DNA of 64,000 nt from Burkholderiaceae bacterium (GCA_046155225.1 JBJXED010000039.1:3742-67741), one strand, 5' to 3'; shown: positions 27,873 through 39,800, counted from the first letter of the stretch. Translations and numbers: made by a program. Notes: generated by a model not told the origin, from the letters alone.

Positions 27873-30170
27873 ATGAAAAAAAAATTCAAACCATTTCACC
27901 CACTTAACGCGACCTTCGCTTTCGTGATGGCATTGACTTCCCCAATGACTTGGGCTGTTGACCCTTTTAATTTGGGTGATATTCGGGTCGAAGGTTTGCA
28001 GCGGGTCGAGCCCGGGACGGTTTTTGCTACTTTGCCCTTTCGCGTTGGCGATAACTATACCGACGAGAAAGGCGCTGCGGCGATCCGGGTGCTTTTCGGC
28101 TTGGGTTTGTTCAAAGATGTGCGGCTGGAGATCAGTGGTAAGGTGCTGACAGTCATCGTCGAAGAGCGTCCGACTGTGGCTTCCGTGGATTTTGTGGGGA
28201 CCAAAGAATTCGATAAAGATGTGCTCACCATGGCGCTGCGTGAAGTGGGCTTGGCTGAAGGGCGGCCTTTTGATAAGGCTCTTGCTGACAAAGCAGAGCA
28301 AGAACTCAAACGCCAATATATCAATCGCAGTCTGTACAGCGCCCAAGTGGTCACCACCGTCACGCCGGTGGAGCGCAATCGCGTCAACCTGACCTTTACC
28401 GTCATTGAAGGTGACACGGCAAAAATCAAAGACATTCAAATTGTCGGTAACAAAGTATTCTCTCAATCCACGCTGCGGGGCTTGTTCAATCTGGATACGG
28501 GTGGCTGGCTTAGCTTCTATACCAAAACAGATGAATACGCTCGCTCCAAGCTCAATGCCGACCTGGAAAGCCTGCGTGCTTATTACCTAACCCGTGGCTA
28601 TCTGGAATTCAAAATCGATTCCACCCAGGTGGCTATTTCTCCGGACAAACAAAATATCACCATCGCCATCAACATCACAGAAGGTGAGCGCTTCGTGGTG
28701 TCAGGCGTCAAGCTCGAAGGCGCTTACCTTGGCAAAGAAGAAGACTTTAAATCGCTTGTTGCGATCAAGCCAGGGCAGGCCTACAACGCGGACGACGTTG
28801 CCCTGACCACTAAAGCTTTCAACGATTACTTCAGCAAATTCGGCTTTGCCTTTGCTCGCGTGGAAGTCCAGCAAGAAATTGACCGAGCCAACAACCGCGT
28901 ACTTTTTGTGCTGAAGGCCGAGCCCTTGCGCCGGGCCTATGTACGGCGCATTAATATTGCAGGCAACAGCCGGACCCGTGATGAAGTGGTGCGACGAGAA
29001 TTTCGCCAGTTGGAATCCGCGTGGTATGACGGTGACAAAATCAAGCTCTCGCGCGACAGGGTTGACCGGCTTGGCTATTTCAAAGATGTCAATGTCGAGA
29101 CGCAAGAGGTCCCTGGCTCACTCGATCAGGTTGACCTGACGGTCACGGTAGTTGAAAAGCCCACCGGCAACTTGCAGTTGGGCGCGGGTTTTTCCAGTGC
29201 TGAGAAGCTTGCATTGTCTTTCAGCATTCGCCAAGAAAACGTGTTTGGTTCTGGTAACTTCCTAGGCGTCGAAGTCAACACCAGCAAGTTCAATCGTACG
29301 ATTGTTTTCAACACCACCGAGCCGTATTTCACTACCGACGGCATATCGCGCACGTTTGATTTGTTCTACCGAGCTTCAAAACCACTCGAAAACCAAGGCG
29401 GTACCTACGAGCTCCAAACCGCTGGTGCCGGGGTGCGTTTTGGTGTCCCTTTCAGCGAAACCGATACGGTTTTCTTTGGTGCCACGGCAGAACAAACCAA
29501 AATTATTCCCGGCGTCAATATTCCAGTGATTTATTTGGCCTACGCCGCACGCTTTGGTGAAACCAGCACCGCTATTCCTTTGACCATAGGTTATGCGCGT
29601 GATGACCGCGACAGTTCGCTCGTGCCCACCCGTGGCCGCTTGCAACGCGCCAGCGCAGAGCTGGGTTTGGTGGGCGATGCGCGTTACTACCGTGCGAACT
29701 ATCAATACCAGCAATACATTCCTTTGGGCAGCCAGTTCACACTGGCACTCAACGGTGAGTTAGGCTTGGGGGGCGGGCTCGGCGACAGGCCCTTTCCTGT
29801 CTTTAAGAACTTCTTCTCCGGCGGTTTGGGTTCGGTCCGGGGTTTTGAGCAGGGCACACTCGGTCCGCGTGACGTGACCGGTTCGATCACTGGCGGAGCA
29901 AAAAAAGTGACGCTCAATGGCGAAATCTTTGCTCCATTTCCTGGAACTGGAAACGACCGTACCCTTCGGCTTTTCGCTTTTGTTGATGTGGGCAATGTAT
30001 TTGGCGAAGACGAGAAAATTAGTGCTGGCAGCTTGCGTTCTTCGTATGGCGTTGGCCTGAGTTGGATTTCTCCGGTGGGTCCGTTGCGTATCGCTGCGGC
30101 AATACCAATCAAGTCAGAGCCAGGCGATAGAATCCAAAAGTTACAGTTCCAGATTGGCACATCGTTCTAA
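27873..30170 (+). CDS. bamA: Outer membrane protein assembly factor BamA
   Basis: 765 aa with a signal peptide, POTRA repeats (I..I.VEGL.R), and a C-terminal barrel ending QFQIGTSF. Confidence 0.95.
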   Translation: MKKKFKPFHPLNATFAFVMALTSPMTWAVDPFNLGDIRVEGLQRVEPGTVFATLPFRVGDNYTDEKGAAAIRVLFGLGLFKDVRLEISGKVLTVIVEERPTVASVDFVGTKEFDKDVLTMALREVGLAEGRPFDKALADKAEQELKRQYINRSLYSAQVVTTVTPVERNRVNLTFTVIEGDTAKIKDIQIVGNKVFSQSTLRGLFNLDTGGWLSFYTKTDEYARSKLNADLESLRAYYLTRGYLEFKIDSTQVAISPDKQNITIAINITEGERFVVSGVKLEGAYLGKEEDFKSLVAIKPGQAYNADDVALTTKAFNDYFSKFGFAFARVEVQQEIDRANNRVLFVLKAEPLRRAYVRRINIAGNSRTRDEVVRREFRQLESAWYDGDKIKLSRDRVDRLGYFKDVNVETQEVPGSLDQVDLTVTVVEKPTGNLQLGAGFSSAEKLALSFSIRQENVFGSGNFLGVEVNTSKFNRTIVFNTTEPYFTTDGISRTFDLFYRASKPLENQGGTYELQTAGAGVRFGVPFSETDTVFFGATAEQTKIIPGVNIPVIYLAYAARFGETSTAIPLTIGYARDDRDSSLVPTRGRLQRASAELGLVGDARYYRANYQYQQYIPLGSQFTLALNGELGLGGGLGDRPFPVFKNFFSGGLGSVRGFEQGTLGPRDVTGSITGGAKKVTLNGEIFAPFPGTGNDRTLRLFAFVDVGNVFGEDEKISAGSLRSSYGVGLSWISPVGPLRIAAAIPIKSEPGDRIQKLQFQIGTSF

Positions 30171-30703
30171 TGATTTATACCCCTTTCTCTTTGTGGTTCA
30201 AACGACTGGCTATTGCCGCTTTGCTCAGTGTTTTTGTAGCCCAGGCGCAAGCACAGGAGTTTCGTATTGGCTTCGTCAACACCGACCGAATTTTTCGTGA
30301 AGCCAGTACCGCCAAAGTAGCGCAAAGCAAACTTGAGCAAGAGTTCTCCCGTCGCGAAAAAGACTTGCTCGACCAAGGCGCGTCGATCAAATCAAATTCT
30401 GAAAAATTTGAGCGTGAAGCGCCAACGATGTCAGAGAGTCAGCGGGTATCCAGACAAAAGCAACTCGTCGAGTTAGACCGCGACTTCCAGCGCAAGCGCA
30501 GGGAGTTTCAGGAAGATCTCAACGCCCGGAAAAACGAAGAATTACAACAAGTTTTGGAACGTGCTAACAAGGTCGTTAAACAAGTAGCCGAGGCAGAAAA
30601 ATACGACGTTATCTTGCAAGAAGCGGTTTATGTCAGCCCCAAGCACGACATTACAGACAAGGTGCTTCGAGTTCTGAACGGTAACGGTAGCCAAGCGAAG
30701 TAA
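30170..30703 (+). CDS. skp: OmpH/Skp family periplasmic chaperone
   Basis: Signal peptide, then a coiled-coil rich in E/K/Q/R. Sits between bamA and lpxD. Confidence 0.85.
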   Translation: MIYTPFSLWFKRLAIAALLSVFVAQAQAQEFRIGFVNTDRIFREASTAKVAQSKLEQEFSRREKDLLDQGASIKSNSEKFEREAPTMSESQRVSRQKQLVELDRDFQRKRREFQEDLNARKNEELQQVLERANKVVKQVAEAEKYDVILQEAVYVSPKHDITDKVLRVLNGNGSQAK

Positions 30704-30750
30704 ACCTTACGCCTTGGATTGTTCGTGGCTGCTGAAACTTTCGATGCTGC

Positions 30751-31740
30751 ATGAAGGCTTTTCGACTGGGACAGGTAGTCGAAGCACTGGGTGGTGAACT
30801 GCACGGCGACCCGAATTTGGCCATTCAAGGCATTGCGCCACTTGAATTTGCCAGCGCCCATGAACTGAGCTTTCTCAGTAGTTCCAAATTTTTCCGTTAT
30901 CTGCACGACTCGCAAGCGGGCTGCGTGATTGTGGGGGCCGAATTCAAGGCGCAGGCTTTGGCCCGGGGCAGTGCAATTGTTTGCGCGCAGCCGTACGTCT
31001 ACTTCGCTAAATTGACGCAGCTATGGGCCCGCCATCTGGATGATCAGCTCGGTTTGCCCCAGGACTGTTTGATTCATCCTAGCGCAGTCCTTCATGACTC
31101 AGCCGATGTGCATGCCAGTGCGCGCATCGGGCCACTGTGCGTAATCGAGCGGGGTGCCGTGATTGGTGCGTACAGCGTACTCAAGTCTCGCGTCACAGTG
31201 GGCGAGAACTGCACTGTTGGCGTTCGCTGCATTTTGCATTCTGGCGTAGTGTTGGGTGCTGACGGCTTTGGTTTCGCGCCCAATGAAGGGCTTTGGGAGA
31301 AGATCGAGCAGCTTGGGGCGGTGCATCTTGGCAACGACATCGAGGTGGGCGCCAACACCTGCATTGACCGCGGCACTCTGGGCGATACAGTCATTGAAGA
31401 CGGCGTCAAGATGGATAACTTGATCCAGATCGGGCACAACGTCCGCATTGGCCGCCACAGCGCCTTGGCCGGTTGTGTGGGCGTGGCGGGCAGTGCGGTG
31501 ATTGGCGCGCACTGTACGGTGGGTGGCGGTGCCATTATTCTCGGGCACCTGACCTTGGCCGACCATGTGCACATCTCGGCCGCGTCGGTTGTGACGCGGT
31601 CGCTGCACAAGCCGGGCCACTACAGCGGCCTGTTTCCCATCGACGACAATGCTGCTTGGGAAAAAAACGCGGCTACTTTAAAACATTTGCACCGCTTGAG
31701 AGAGCGCGTGCTGGCCCTGGAAAAATCACGCAAGCTATGA
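30751..31740 (+). CDS. lpxD: UDP-3-O-acylglucosamine N-acyltransferase
   Basis: Left-handed beta-helix hexapeptide repeats; [15 protein letters not shown] ... IGHNV.IG. Confidence 0.9.
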   Translation: MKAFRLGQVVEALGGELHGDPNLAIQGIAPLEFASAHELSFLSSSKFFRYLHDSQAGCVIVGAEFKAQALARGSAIVCAQPYVYFAKLTQLWARHLDDQLGLPQDCLIHPSAVLHDSADVHASARIGPLCVIERGAVIGAYSVLKSRVTVGENCTVGVRCILHSGVVLGADGFGFAPNEGLWEKIEQLGAVHLGNDIEVGANTCIDRGTLGDTVIEDGVKMDNLIQIGHNVRIGRHSALAGCVGVAGSAVIGAHCTVGGGAIILGHLTLADHVHISAASVVTRSLHKPGHYSGLFPIDDNAAWEKNAATLKHLHRLRERVLALEKSRKL

Positions 31741-32177
31741 TGGACATTCACCAAATTCTGAAGCAATTGCCGCACCGTTACCCGATTTTGCTGGTGGACC
31801 GGGTTCTCGAGCTGGAAAAAGGCAAGCGCATTTTGGCGCTGAAAAACGTCACCATCAACGAGCCTTTCTTCATGGGCCATTTCCCACACCGCCCCGTTAT
31901 GCCGGGGGTGATGATGCTCGAAGCCCTGGCGCAAACCGCAGCGCTTTTGGTCTTCGATATGGTGGGTTATGTTCCCGATGAAAAAACCATGTACTACTTT
32001 GCCGGCATTGACCATGCCCGCTTCAAGCGCCCGGTTGAGCCGGGTGACCAATTGCATTTGCATGTCAGCCTGGACCGGGTCAGGGCAGGCGTATACAAGT
32101 TCAAAGCACGCGCCATGGTGGGCAGTGATACCGCTGCCGAAGCCGAACTGATGTGTACTATGCGCGCCGTGGCGTAA
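31737..32177 (+). CDS. fabZ: 3-hydroxyacyl-ACP dehydratase FabZ
   Basis: [13 protein letters not shown] ... [27 protein letters not shown] overlap with lpxD. Confidence 0.95.
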   Translation: MMDIHQILKQLPHRYPILLVDRVLELEKGKRILALKNVTINEPFFMGHFPHRPVMPGVMMLEALAQTAALLVFDMVGYVPDEKTMYYFAGIDHARFKRPVEPGDQLHLHVSLDRVRAGVYKFKARAMVGSDTAAEAELMCTMRAVA

Positions 32178-32191
32178 GCGGGCATAGCACG

Positions 32192-32989
32192 ATGATTGGC
32201 GGCATTCATCCCACGGCCTTGGTTGATCCCCAGGCGCAGGTGCACCCCAGCGTGAGCGTCGGCCCCTACACGGTCATCGGGCCGCAGGTACAGATTGGGC
32301 AGGGCAGCCGTATCGGCGCGCACTGTGTGATTGAAGGCCACACCACAATTGGCAATGACAACCATATTTTCCAGTTCAATTCTCTGGGTGCAATTCCGCA
32401 AGACAAAAAATACGCGGGCGAGCCTTGCGAGCTGGTGATTGGCGATCGCAACACCATTCGCGAGTTCTGTACTTTCAATATCGGCTCGCCTGGCGGCGGC
32501 GGCGCGACCCGCGTGGGTAATGACAACTGGCTGATGGCCTATGTTCATCTGGCGCACGACTGCCAGGTCGGTGACCACACGATTTTTGCCAATAATTCGC
32601 AGCTTGCGGGCCATGTCCAGGTGGGAGATTGGGCCATCCTGGGCGGCTTTACCGTGGCGCATCAGTTTGTGCGCATTGGCGCGCACAGCATGACCGCGAT
32701 GTGCGCCCTTTTGTTCGCCGACTTGCCGCCGTTTGTGATGTGTCAGGGCCAGCCGGCGCAGGCACGTTCGATGAACTATGAGGGCTTGCGGCGGCGGGGT
32801 TTCTCAACCACGCGAGTGGCTGCTGTTAAAGCCATGCACAAGGCCTTGTACCGTGATGACCTCAGCCTGGACGCCGCCCGCGAGCGCATTGCTGCAATCG
32901 GCGTTGAGGTGCCAGAAGCACTGCAGGACGTGCAGATGATGCTCGGGTTTCTGGGGCAAACCGTGCCACAGCGCGGGATTGTGCGCTAG
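32192..32989 (+). CDS. lpxA: Acyl-ACP--UDP-N-acetylglucosamine O-acyltransferase
   Basis: [11 protein letters not shown]...V.VGPY..IGP hexapeptide repeats; C-terminal helical domain. Confidence 0.95.
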   Translation: MIGGIHPTALVDPQAQVHPSVSVGPYTVIGPQVQIGQGSRIGAHCVIEGHTTIGNDNHIFQFNSLGAIPQDKKYAGEPCELVIGDRNTIREFCTFNIGSPGGGGATRVGNDNWLMAYVHLAHDCQVGDHTIFANNSQLAGHVQVGDWAILGGFTVAHQFVRIGAHSMTAMCALLFADLPPFVMCQGQPAQARSMNYEGLRRRGFSTTRVAAVKAMHKALYRDDLSLDAARERIAAIGVEVPEALQDVQMMLGFLGQTVPQRGIVR

Positions 32990-34148
32990 GCTTTCCGCAG
33001 TGGCTCCACGGTTTGGTCTGGTTGCCGGTGAAGCCTCTGGTGACTTACTGGCGGGCTTGCTCTTGGACGGCCTGCGCGCGCGCTGGCCCGGTTTGCAGGC
33101 AGTGGGGGTGGGCGGGCCGCAAATGGCCGCGCGCGGCTTTCAGGCCTGGTGGCCCAGCGACATGCTGGCCGTGCGGGGCTATGCCGAAGTGCTGCGCCAT
33201 TACCGCAAGATTGTGCGCATGCGCGAACAGCTCAAAGAGCGCTTGCTACAGCACAAGCCCGAGGTGTTCATCGGCGTTGACGCGCCCGACTTCAACCTGG
33301 CGCTGGAGGCCGGGCTGAAAGCGCAAGGTATCAAGACCGTACATTTTGTTTGCCCCTCGGTCTGGGCCTGGCGCGCCGAGCGGCTGCAAAAAATGCCTGG
33401 CCAAGTGGACCATGTGCTGTGTATTTTCCCTTTTGAGCCCGCCTTGCTGGCTCGCAGCGGTATCGCCTCGACATACGTCGGCCATCCGTTGGCAAGTGTC
33501 ATTCCGATGCTGCCGGACCGCGCCGCCGCCCGTGCGCAATTGGGCTTGCAGCCGCAGGCACAGGTGGTGGCTTTGTTGCCAGGCAGCCGTAGCAGCGAGA
33601 TTCACCACCTCGCGGACCGATTCTTCAAGGCAGCGGCCTTGATGCAACGCGCCCTGCCGGAACTCCAATTTGTGCTGCCTGCGGCACCGGGGCTGATGCA
33701 GCGCCTGCGCGAAGCCCAACAGTCGCACGGCACGCTAAAGCACCTGCATATCTTGCAGGGCCAATCGCACACCGCACTGGCGGCCTGCGACTGCACGCTG
33801 GTTGCGAGCGGTACCGCCACACTCGAGGCGGCTTTGTTCAAACGCCCGATGGTTATCGCCTACCACATGCACTGGCTCAGTTGGCAGTTGACCCAGCGCA
33901 AACGCCTGCAGCCCTGGGTCGGCCTGCCCAACATCATTGCTGGTGAGGCGCTTGTGCCCGAGTTGCTGCAAGAAGCGGCCACCCCGCAGGCCCTGGCCGA
34001 TGCGGTATTGCGGTGCCTGCACGACATCACCGCAGCGCCCTTGCAGACGGCCCAACTGCAGCAGCGTTTTGCGCAAATGCATGCCGATTTGCAGCGTGAC
34101 ACTCCCACCTTGGCCAGCCATGCCGTCGCCCAAGTTCTGGCTGCCTGA
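32979..34148 (+). CDS. lpxB: Lipid-A-disaccharide synthase
   Basis: [13 protein letters not shown] near the N-terminus. The start is ambiguous: TTG 32979 or GTG 32997. Confidence 0.9.
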   Translation: MCARLSAVAPRFGLVAGEASGDLLAGLLLDGLRARWPGLQAVGVGGPQMAARGFQAWWPSDMLAVRGYAEVLRHYRKIVRMREQLKERLLQHKPEVFIGVDAPDFNLALEAGLKAQGIKTVHFVCPSVWAWRAERLQKMPGQVDHVLCIFPFEPALLARSGIASTYVGHPLASVIPMLPDRAAARAQLGLQPQAQVVALLPGSRSSEIHHLADRFFKAAALMQRALPELQFVLPAAPGLMQRLREAQQSHGTLKHLHILQGQSHTALAACDCTLVASGTATLEAALFKRPMVIAYHMHWLSWQLTQRKRLQPWVGLPNIIAGEALVPELLQEAATPQALADAVLRCLHDITAAPLQTAQLQQRFAQMHADLQRDTPTLASHAVAQVLAA

Positions 34149-34734
34149 GCAAACCCACCTGGTGTGGGACGGGCCTGGCCTGGTGGCCGGCGTGGACGAA
34201 GTCGGCCGTGGCCCGCTGGTCGGCCCGGTGGTGGCCGCCGCCGTCATTCTGGACGACTTGCAGCCGATTGCCGGCTTGGCCGATTCCAAAAAACTCAGCG
34301 CGCGCCAGCGTGAGCGTCTGCACGACGAGATTCGCGCCAAAGCGCTGTGCTGTTCGGTAGCGCAGGCCAGCGCGCAGGAGGTGGACCAACTCAACATCCT
34401 GCAAGCCACGCTGCTGGCCATGCAGCGCGCTGTGGCGGGTCTGCGGCTGCGGCCTGCGAAGGTGCTGGTTGACGGCAACCGCCTGCCCAAACTGGATGTG
34501 CTGGCCGAGGCGATCGTACGCGGCGACGCCACCGTGGCAGCGATTTCTGCGGCGTCGATTGTGGCCAAGGTATACCGCGACAGTTGGTGCCAAGCGCTGC
34601 ACGCGCAATACCCGCTGTACGGTTTTGCCTGCCACAAGGGCTACGGCACGCCAGCGCATTTGCAGGCGCTGCGCGAGCATGGCGCTTGTCCCGAGCACCG
34701 GCGCACCTTCCGCCCTGTTGCCGAGGTGCTGTGA
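34120..34734 (+). CDS. rnhB: Ribonuclease HII
   Basis: [29 protein letters not shown], and HRRTF. The start overlaps the lpxB end. Confidence 0.9.
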   Translation: MPSPKFWLPEQTHLVWDGPGLVAGVDEVGRGPLVGPVVAAAVILDDLQPIAGLADSKKLSARQRERLHDEIRAKALCCSVAQASAQEVDQLNILQATLLAMQRAVAGLRLRPAKVLVDGNRLPKLDVLAEAIVRGDATVAAISAASIVAKVYRDSWCQALHAQYPLYGFACHKGYGTPAHLQALREHGACPEHRRTFRPVAEVL

Positions 34735-35513
34735 TGACGCCGCCCGCTGTGCTGCACATCCGCTCGCCTGCCAACGCCTTGCTCAAAGATGTGCGCCGCC
34801 TGGCGCAGGATGGCCAGGCCTACCGCAAACAGGGCAGGGTGTGGCTCGAGGGTCAGCATTTGCTGGACGCAGCCTTGGCCAAGGGCCTAGAACCTCTTTT
34901 TTGTGTATTTTCAGAGTCATATTGGCCTGTAGCCAGCGTAAAGTTTGCCGGTATAGCTACTAAATTAATAGTGCTTCCAGACCTATTGTTTGCCAGCCTT
35001 AGCGCCTTGGAATCGCCTGCCGCCATGGGCTTTGTGATCGAACTGCCGCCCCAGCCCGAATTCGCACCGCAGCGGCCCAGTGTGGTGCTGGACCGGCTGC
35101 AAGACGCCGGCAATGTCGGCTCCATCTTGCGCAGCGCCGCTGCCTTGGGTTTTGAGCAAATCATCGCACTGGAAGGTACGGCAGCGCTGTGGTCGCCCAA
35201 AGTCCTGCGCGCGGGCATGGGCGCGCATTTCAGCCTGCGCCTGATGGAGCAGGCTGCGCTACAGCAACTGGACACATTGGCCGTTCCGCTGGTTGTCACC
35301 AGTTCGCACGCGGGCGAACTGCTGCACCGCAGCCCATTGCCATGGCCCTGTGCCTGGGTGTTTGGGCATGAAGGCCAGGGCGTGAGCCAGGCACTGATGG
35401 AACGCGCCGCTTTCAGCGTGCGCATTGCCCAGCCCGGCGGGCAGGAATCGCTCAATGTCGCAGCTGCTGCTGCCATCTGCCTGCACGCGAGTGCCGCCCA
35501 TCAAGCCAATTGA
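34734..35513 (+). CDS. TrmH/SpoU-family RNA 2'-O-methyltransferase
   Basis: SpoU motifs DRLQDAGNVGSILRSAAALG, VFGHEGQGVS, and ESLNVAAAAAICL. Contains repeat copy D in frame. Confidence 0.82.
   Translation: MTPPAVLHIRSPANALLKDVRRLAQDGQAYRKQGRVWLEGQHLLDAALAKGLEPLFCVFSESYWPVASVKFAGIATKLIVLPDLLFASLSALESPAAMGFVIELPPQPEFAPQRPSVVLDRLQDAGNVGSILRSAAALGFEQIIALEGTAALWSPKVLRAGMGAHFSLRLMEQAALQQLDTLAVPLVVTSSHAGELLHRSPLPWPCAWVFGHEGQGVSQALMERAAFSVRIAQPGGQESLNVAAAAAICLHASAAHQAN
34897..34976 (+). repeat. AT-rich repeat family, copy D (inside the TrmH-family gene)
   Basis: TTTTTTGTGTATTTTCAGAGTCATATTGGCCTGTAGCCAGCGTAAAGTTTGCCGGTATAGCTACTAAATTAATAGTGC. Confidence 0.8.
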
Positions 35514-35556
35514 CAGGCACTGGCTTTGCGGAGCCTTTCGGTGCAGCCATGCCGCC

Positions 35557-35575
35557 TATAATTGGGGGCTTTTTT
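35557..35575 (+). promoter_or_regulatory. Candidate carA promoter -10 (TATAAT) followed by a T6 run in the initially transcribed region
   Basis: GCCTATAATTGGGGGCTTTTTTACAC lies about 130 nt upstream of carA. I could not find a good -35. Confidence 0.3.
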
Positions 35576-35704
35576 ACACGCACGCCCACGCGCCATTCCC
35601 GCACCTTCCATCCAAAAGCCGCGCACAGATTAAGCTTTCAAGCCCACATCTGGAATGCCGCTTGGGCGTAGCCGAGTCTTTCGGCCCCACTTTCGGAGAA
35701 CCCG

Positions 35705-36877
35705 GTGCTTTTGTCCCTACAGGCTAGTTTTCCCCCCGCCATTCTGGCGCTTGCAGACGGTACGGTTTTTACGGGTCAATCGATCGGTTTTGCTGGGCAG
35801 ACCTCAGGCGAAGTGGTCTTCAACACCGCCATGACGGGCTACCAGGAAATCCTGACCGACCCGAGTTACTGCCAGCAAATCGTCACGCTGACCTACCCGC
35901 ACATTGGCAACTACGGTGTCAACCCGGAAGATGCCGAGTCCAGCAAGGTTCATGCTGCCGGCCTCATCATCAAGGACTTGCCGCTGCTGGCCAGCAACTT
36001 TCGCCAGACCCAGTCGTTGGCGGATTACCTGGCAGATCAGAAAACCGTTGCCATTGCCGGTATTGACACACGGCAATTGACGCGTTTGCTGCGCACAAAA
36101 GGCGCGCAAAACGGCTGCATCCTGGGTTTGCCATCCGGTCAGTCCATCACGCCAGACTTGATCAGCCAAGCCCTTGCCGCAGCGCGCGCTGCACCCAGCA
36201 TGGCGGGGCTGGATTTGGCCAAAGTGGTCAGCACGGCGCAGCCTTATGTGTGGACGCAAACCGAGTGGGCGCTGGGCACAGGGTTCGGCGTGCAAACTGC
36301 ACCCCGGTTTCACGTCGTGGCCTACGACTTTGGCGTCAAGCACAACATTTTGCGCATGCTGGCGCAGCGCGGCTGCAAAGTCACTGTAGTGCCGGCGCAA
36401 ACGGCGGCGACCAGCGTCATGGCGATGCAACCCGACGGCGTGTTTTTGGCCAATGGCCCGGGCGACCCCGAGCCGTGCGACTACGCGATCGCCGCAGCCC
36501 GCGAAATCATTGACAACGGCCTGCCCACTTTCGGTATTTGCCTAGGCCACCAGATCATGGCACTGGCCAGCGGTGCCAAAACCTACAAGATGAAGTTTGG
36601 TCACCACGGTGCCAACCACCCGGTCAAAGATTTGGATTCGGGCCGCGTCAGCATCACCAGCCAGAACCACGGTTTTGCTGTCGATGAAACCAGTCTGCCC
36701 GCCCATCTGCGCGCCACGCATGTGAGCTTGTTTGACGGCACCTTGCAAGGATTGGCCCGCACCGACAAGCCCGCGTTCTGCTTTCAGGGCCATCCCGAGG
36801 CGAGTCCGGGGCCGCAGGACATTGGGGTTTTATTTGACCGCTTTACGGCACTCATGGAGAAAAGCAAAAATGCCTAG
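35705..36877 (+). CDS. carA: Carbamoyl-phosphate synthase small subunit
   Basis: [20 protein letters not shown]; GATase triad region GICLGHQ ... HGANHPV. GTG start. Confidence 0.95.
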   Translation: MLLSLQASFPPAILALADGTVFTGQSIGFAGQTSGEVVFNTAMTGYQEILTDPSYCQQIVTLTYPHIGNYGVNPEDAESSKVHAAGLIIKDLPLLASNFRQTQSLADYLADQKTVAIAGIDTRQLTRLLRTKGAQNGCILGLPSGQSITPDLISQALAAARAAPSMAGLDLAKVVSTAQPYVWTQTEWALGTGFGVQTAPRFHVVAYDFGVKHNILRMLAQRGCKVTVVPAQTAATSVMAMQPDGVFLANGPGDPEPCDYAIAAAREIIDNGLPTFGICLGHQIMALASGAKTYKMKFGHHGANHPVKDLDSGRVSITSQNHGFAVDETSLPAHLRATHVSLFDGTLQGLARTDKPAFCFQGHPEASPGPQDIGVLFDRFTALMEKSKNA

Positions 36878-39800
36878 GCGTTCTGACATAAAAAGTATTC
36901 TGATCATCGGCGCGGGCCCGATCGTCATTGGCCAAGCCTGCGAGTTTGACTACTCGGGCGTGCAGGCTTGCAAGGCCCTGCGCGAGGAGGGCTACAAGGT
37001 CATTTTGATCAACAGCAACCCCGCCACCATCATGACCGACCCTGCCACAGCCGATGTGACTTACATCGAGCCCATTACCTGGCAAACGGTTGAAAAAATC
37101 ATCGCCAAGGAAAAGCCAGACGCGATTTTGCCGACCATGGGCGGCCAGACGGCACTCAATTGCGCGCTAGATTTGTGGCGTCACGGTGTGCTGGAAAAAC
37201 ACGGGGTCGAGTTGATCGGCGCGTCGCCCGAGGCGATTGACAAGGCAGAAGACCGCCTCAAGTTCAAAGATGCCATGACCAAAATCGGTCTGGGTTCGGC
37301 GCGCTCAGGCATTGCGCATTCGATGGACGAAGCCTGGGCCGTGCAAAAGACCGTCGGCTTTCCTACCGTGATCCGCCCCAGCTTCACGCTGGGCGGCACC
37401 GGCGGCGGCATTGCCTACAACCCTGAAGAGTTCGAGGTAATTTGCAAGCGCGGCATTGAGGCCTCACCCACCAGCGAACTGCTGATTGAAGAGTCGCTTT
37501 TGGGCTGGAAAGAGTTTGAGATGGAGGTGGTGCGTGACAAAGCGGACAACTGCATCATCGTTTGCTCCATCGAAAACCTCGACCCGATGGGTGTGCACAC
37601 CGGCGACTCGATCACCGTGGCCCCGGCGCAGACGCTCACCGACAAGGAATACCAAATCCTGCGCAACGCCAGTCTGGCGGTGCTGCGCGAGATTGGCGTG
37701 GACACCGGCGGCAGCAATGTGCAATTTGCCATCAATCCGGCAGACGGGCGCATGGTGGTCATCGAGATGAACCCGCGCGTCTCGCGCTCCTCAGCCTTGG
37801 CGTCCAAGGCCACCGGGTTTCCGATCGCCAAGGTGGCGGCGAAATTGGCAGTGGGCTACACGCTCGATGAACTGCGCAACGACATCACTGGCGGTGCCAC
37901 GCCCGCGTCTTTTGAACCCAGCATCGACTACGTGGTCACCAAAATCCCGCGCTTTGCCTTCGAGAAATTCCCCACTGCCGACGCCCGCCTGACGACGCAA
38001 ATGAAGTCGGTCGGCGAAGTCATGGCGATTGGGCGCACTTTTCAGGAGTCGTTCCAGAAAGCCTTGCGCGGCCTCGAAGTCGGCGTGGACGGTTTGAACG
38101 AAAAAACCCAGGACCGCGAGGTGCTTGAAAAAGAATTGGGTGAGCCCGGTCCCGAACGTATCTGGTATGTGGGTGATGCCTTTGCCCAAGGCATGTCGGT
38201 GACCGAAGTGCATGCACTGACCAAAATCGACCCCTGGTTTCTGGTTCAAATTGAAGACATCGTCAAGATTGAGCTGGAGCTTGAGCGCCACACGCTAGCG
38301 GGTCTTGACCGCCCGACCTTGCTGGCGCTGAAGAAAAAGGGTTTCTCGGACCGTCGCCTGGCCCGTCAGCTTAAAACCACTGACACCGCCGTGCGGCAAG
38401 CCCGGCTGGCGTTCAATGTGCGTCCCGTGTTCAAGCGCGTGGACACTTGTGCGGCTGAATTTGCCACCGACACTGCTTATCTGTATTCCACTTACGAAGA
38501 AGAGTGCGAGGCGCTGCCGACCAGCAATAAAAAAATCATGGTGCTCGGCGGCGGGCCCAACCGTATCGGCCAGGGCATTGAGTTTGACTACTGCTGTGTC
38601 CACGCCGCGCTGGCCCTGCGCGAAGACGGCTACGAGACCATCATGGTCAACTGCAACCCCGAAACCGTCTCGACCGACTACGACACCTCAGACCGCCTCT
38701 ACTTCGAGCCGCTCACGCTGGAAGACGTGCTGGAGATTGTTGACAAGGAAAAACCGCTGGGCGTGATCGTGCAGTACGGCGGACAAACACCGCTCAAGCT
38801 CGCCCTGGATTTGGAAGCCAATGGTGTGCCCATCATCGGCACCAGCCCCGACATGATCGACGCGGCCGAAGACCGCGAGCGCTTTCAAAAACTGCTGCAT
38901 GTGCTGGGCCTGCGCCAGCCGCCCAACGCCACCGCCCGCGCCGAGCCCGAGGCGCTGGAGAAAGCCGCCGCCCTGGGCTACCCGCTGGTGGTGCGCCCCA
39001 GTTATGTGCTGGGCGGCCGCGCGATGGAGATCGTGCACGAGCAGCGCGACCTGGAGCGCTACATGCGCGAGGCCGTGAAGGTCAGCCACGACTCGCCGGT
39101 GCTGCTCGACCGTTTTTTGAACGACGCGATTGAATGTGATGTCGATGCGATTTGCGACGGTCAGCGCGTGTTCATCGGCGGCGTGATGGAGCATATCGAG
39201 CAAGCCGGCGTGCACAGCGGGGATTCGGCCTGTTCGCTGCCGCCGTACTCGTTGTCGAAAGAAACGATCGATGAACTCAAGCGCCAGACGGCGGCCATGG
39301 CGCGTGCGTTGCAAGTGGTCGGGCTGATGAATGTGCAGTTCGCCATTCAGCAACTCCCGGACGCCAGCGGCGCGGTGCAGGATGTCATTTACGTGCTCGA
39401 AGTCAACCCCCGTGCCAGCCGCACTGTGCCCTATGTGAGCAAGGCCACCGGCATCCCCTTGGCCAAGGTGGCGGCGCGCTGCATGGTGGGCCAATCGCTC
39501 GATGCGCAGGGCATTCAGGCCGAAGTGACGCCGCCGTATTTCAGCGTCAAAGAGGCGGTGTTCCCGTTTGTCAAATTTCCGGGTGTGGACACGATTTTGG
39601 GCCCCGAGATGAAGTCCACGGGCGAGGTCATGGGCGTGGGCAAGACCTTTGGAGAGGCGTTTGTCAAGAGCCAGCTCGGCGCTGGTACCAAGCTGCCGCG
39701 CCCCTTCAAGCCCGACGGCAGCGCCGCAGGCAAGGTATTTCTGACTGTGAAAAACGCCGACAAACCACGCGCCATTGAGGTGGCACGCCAGTTGTCGGCG

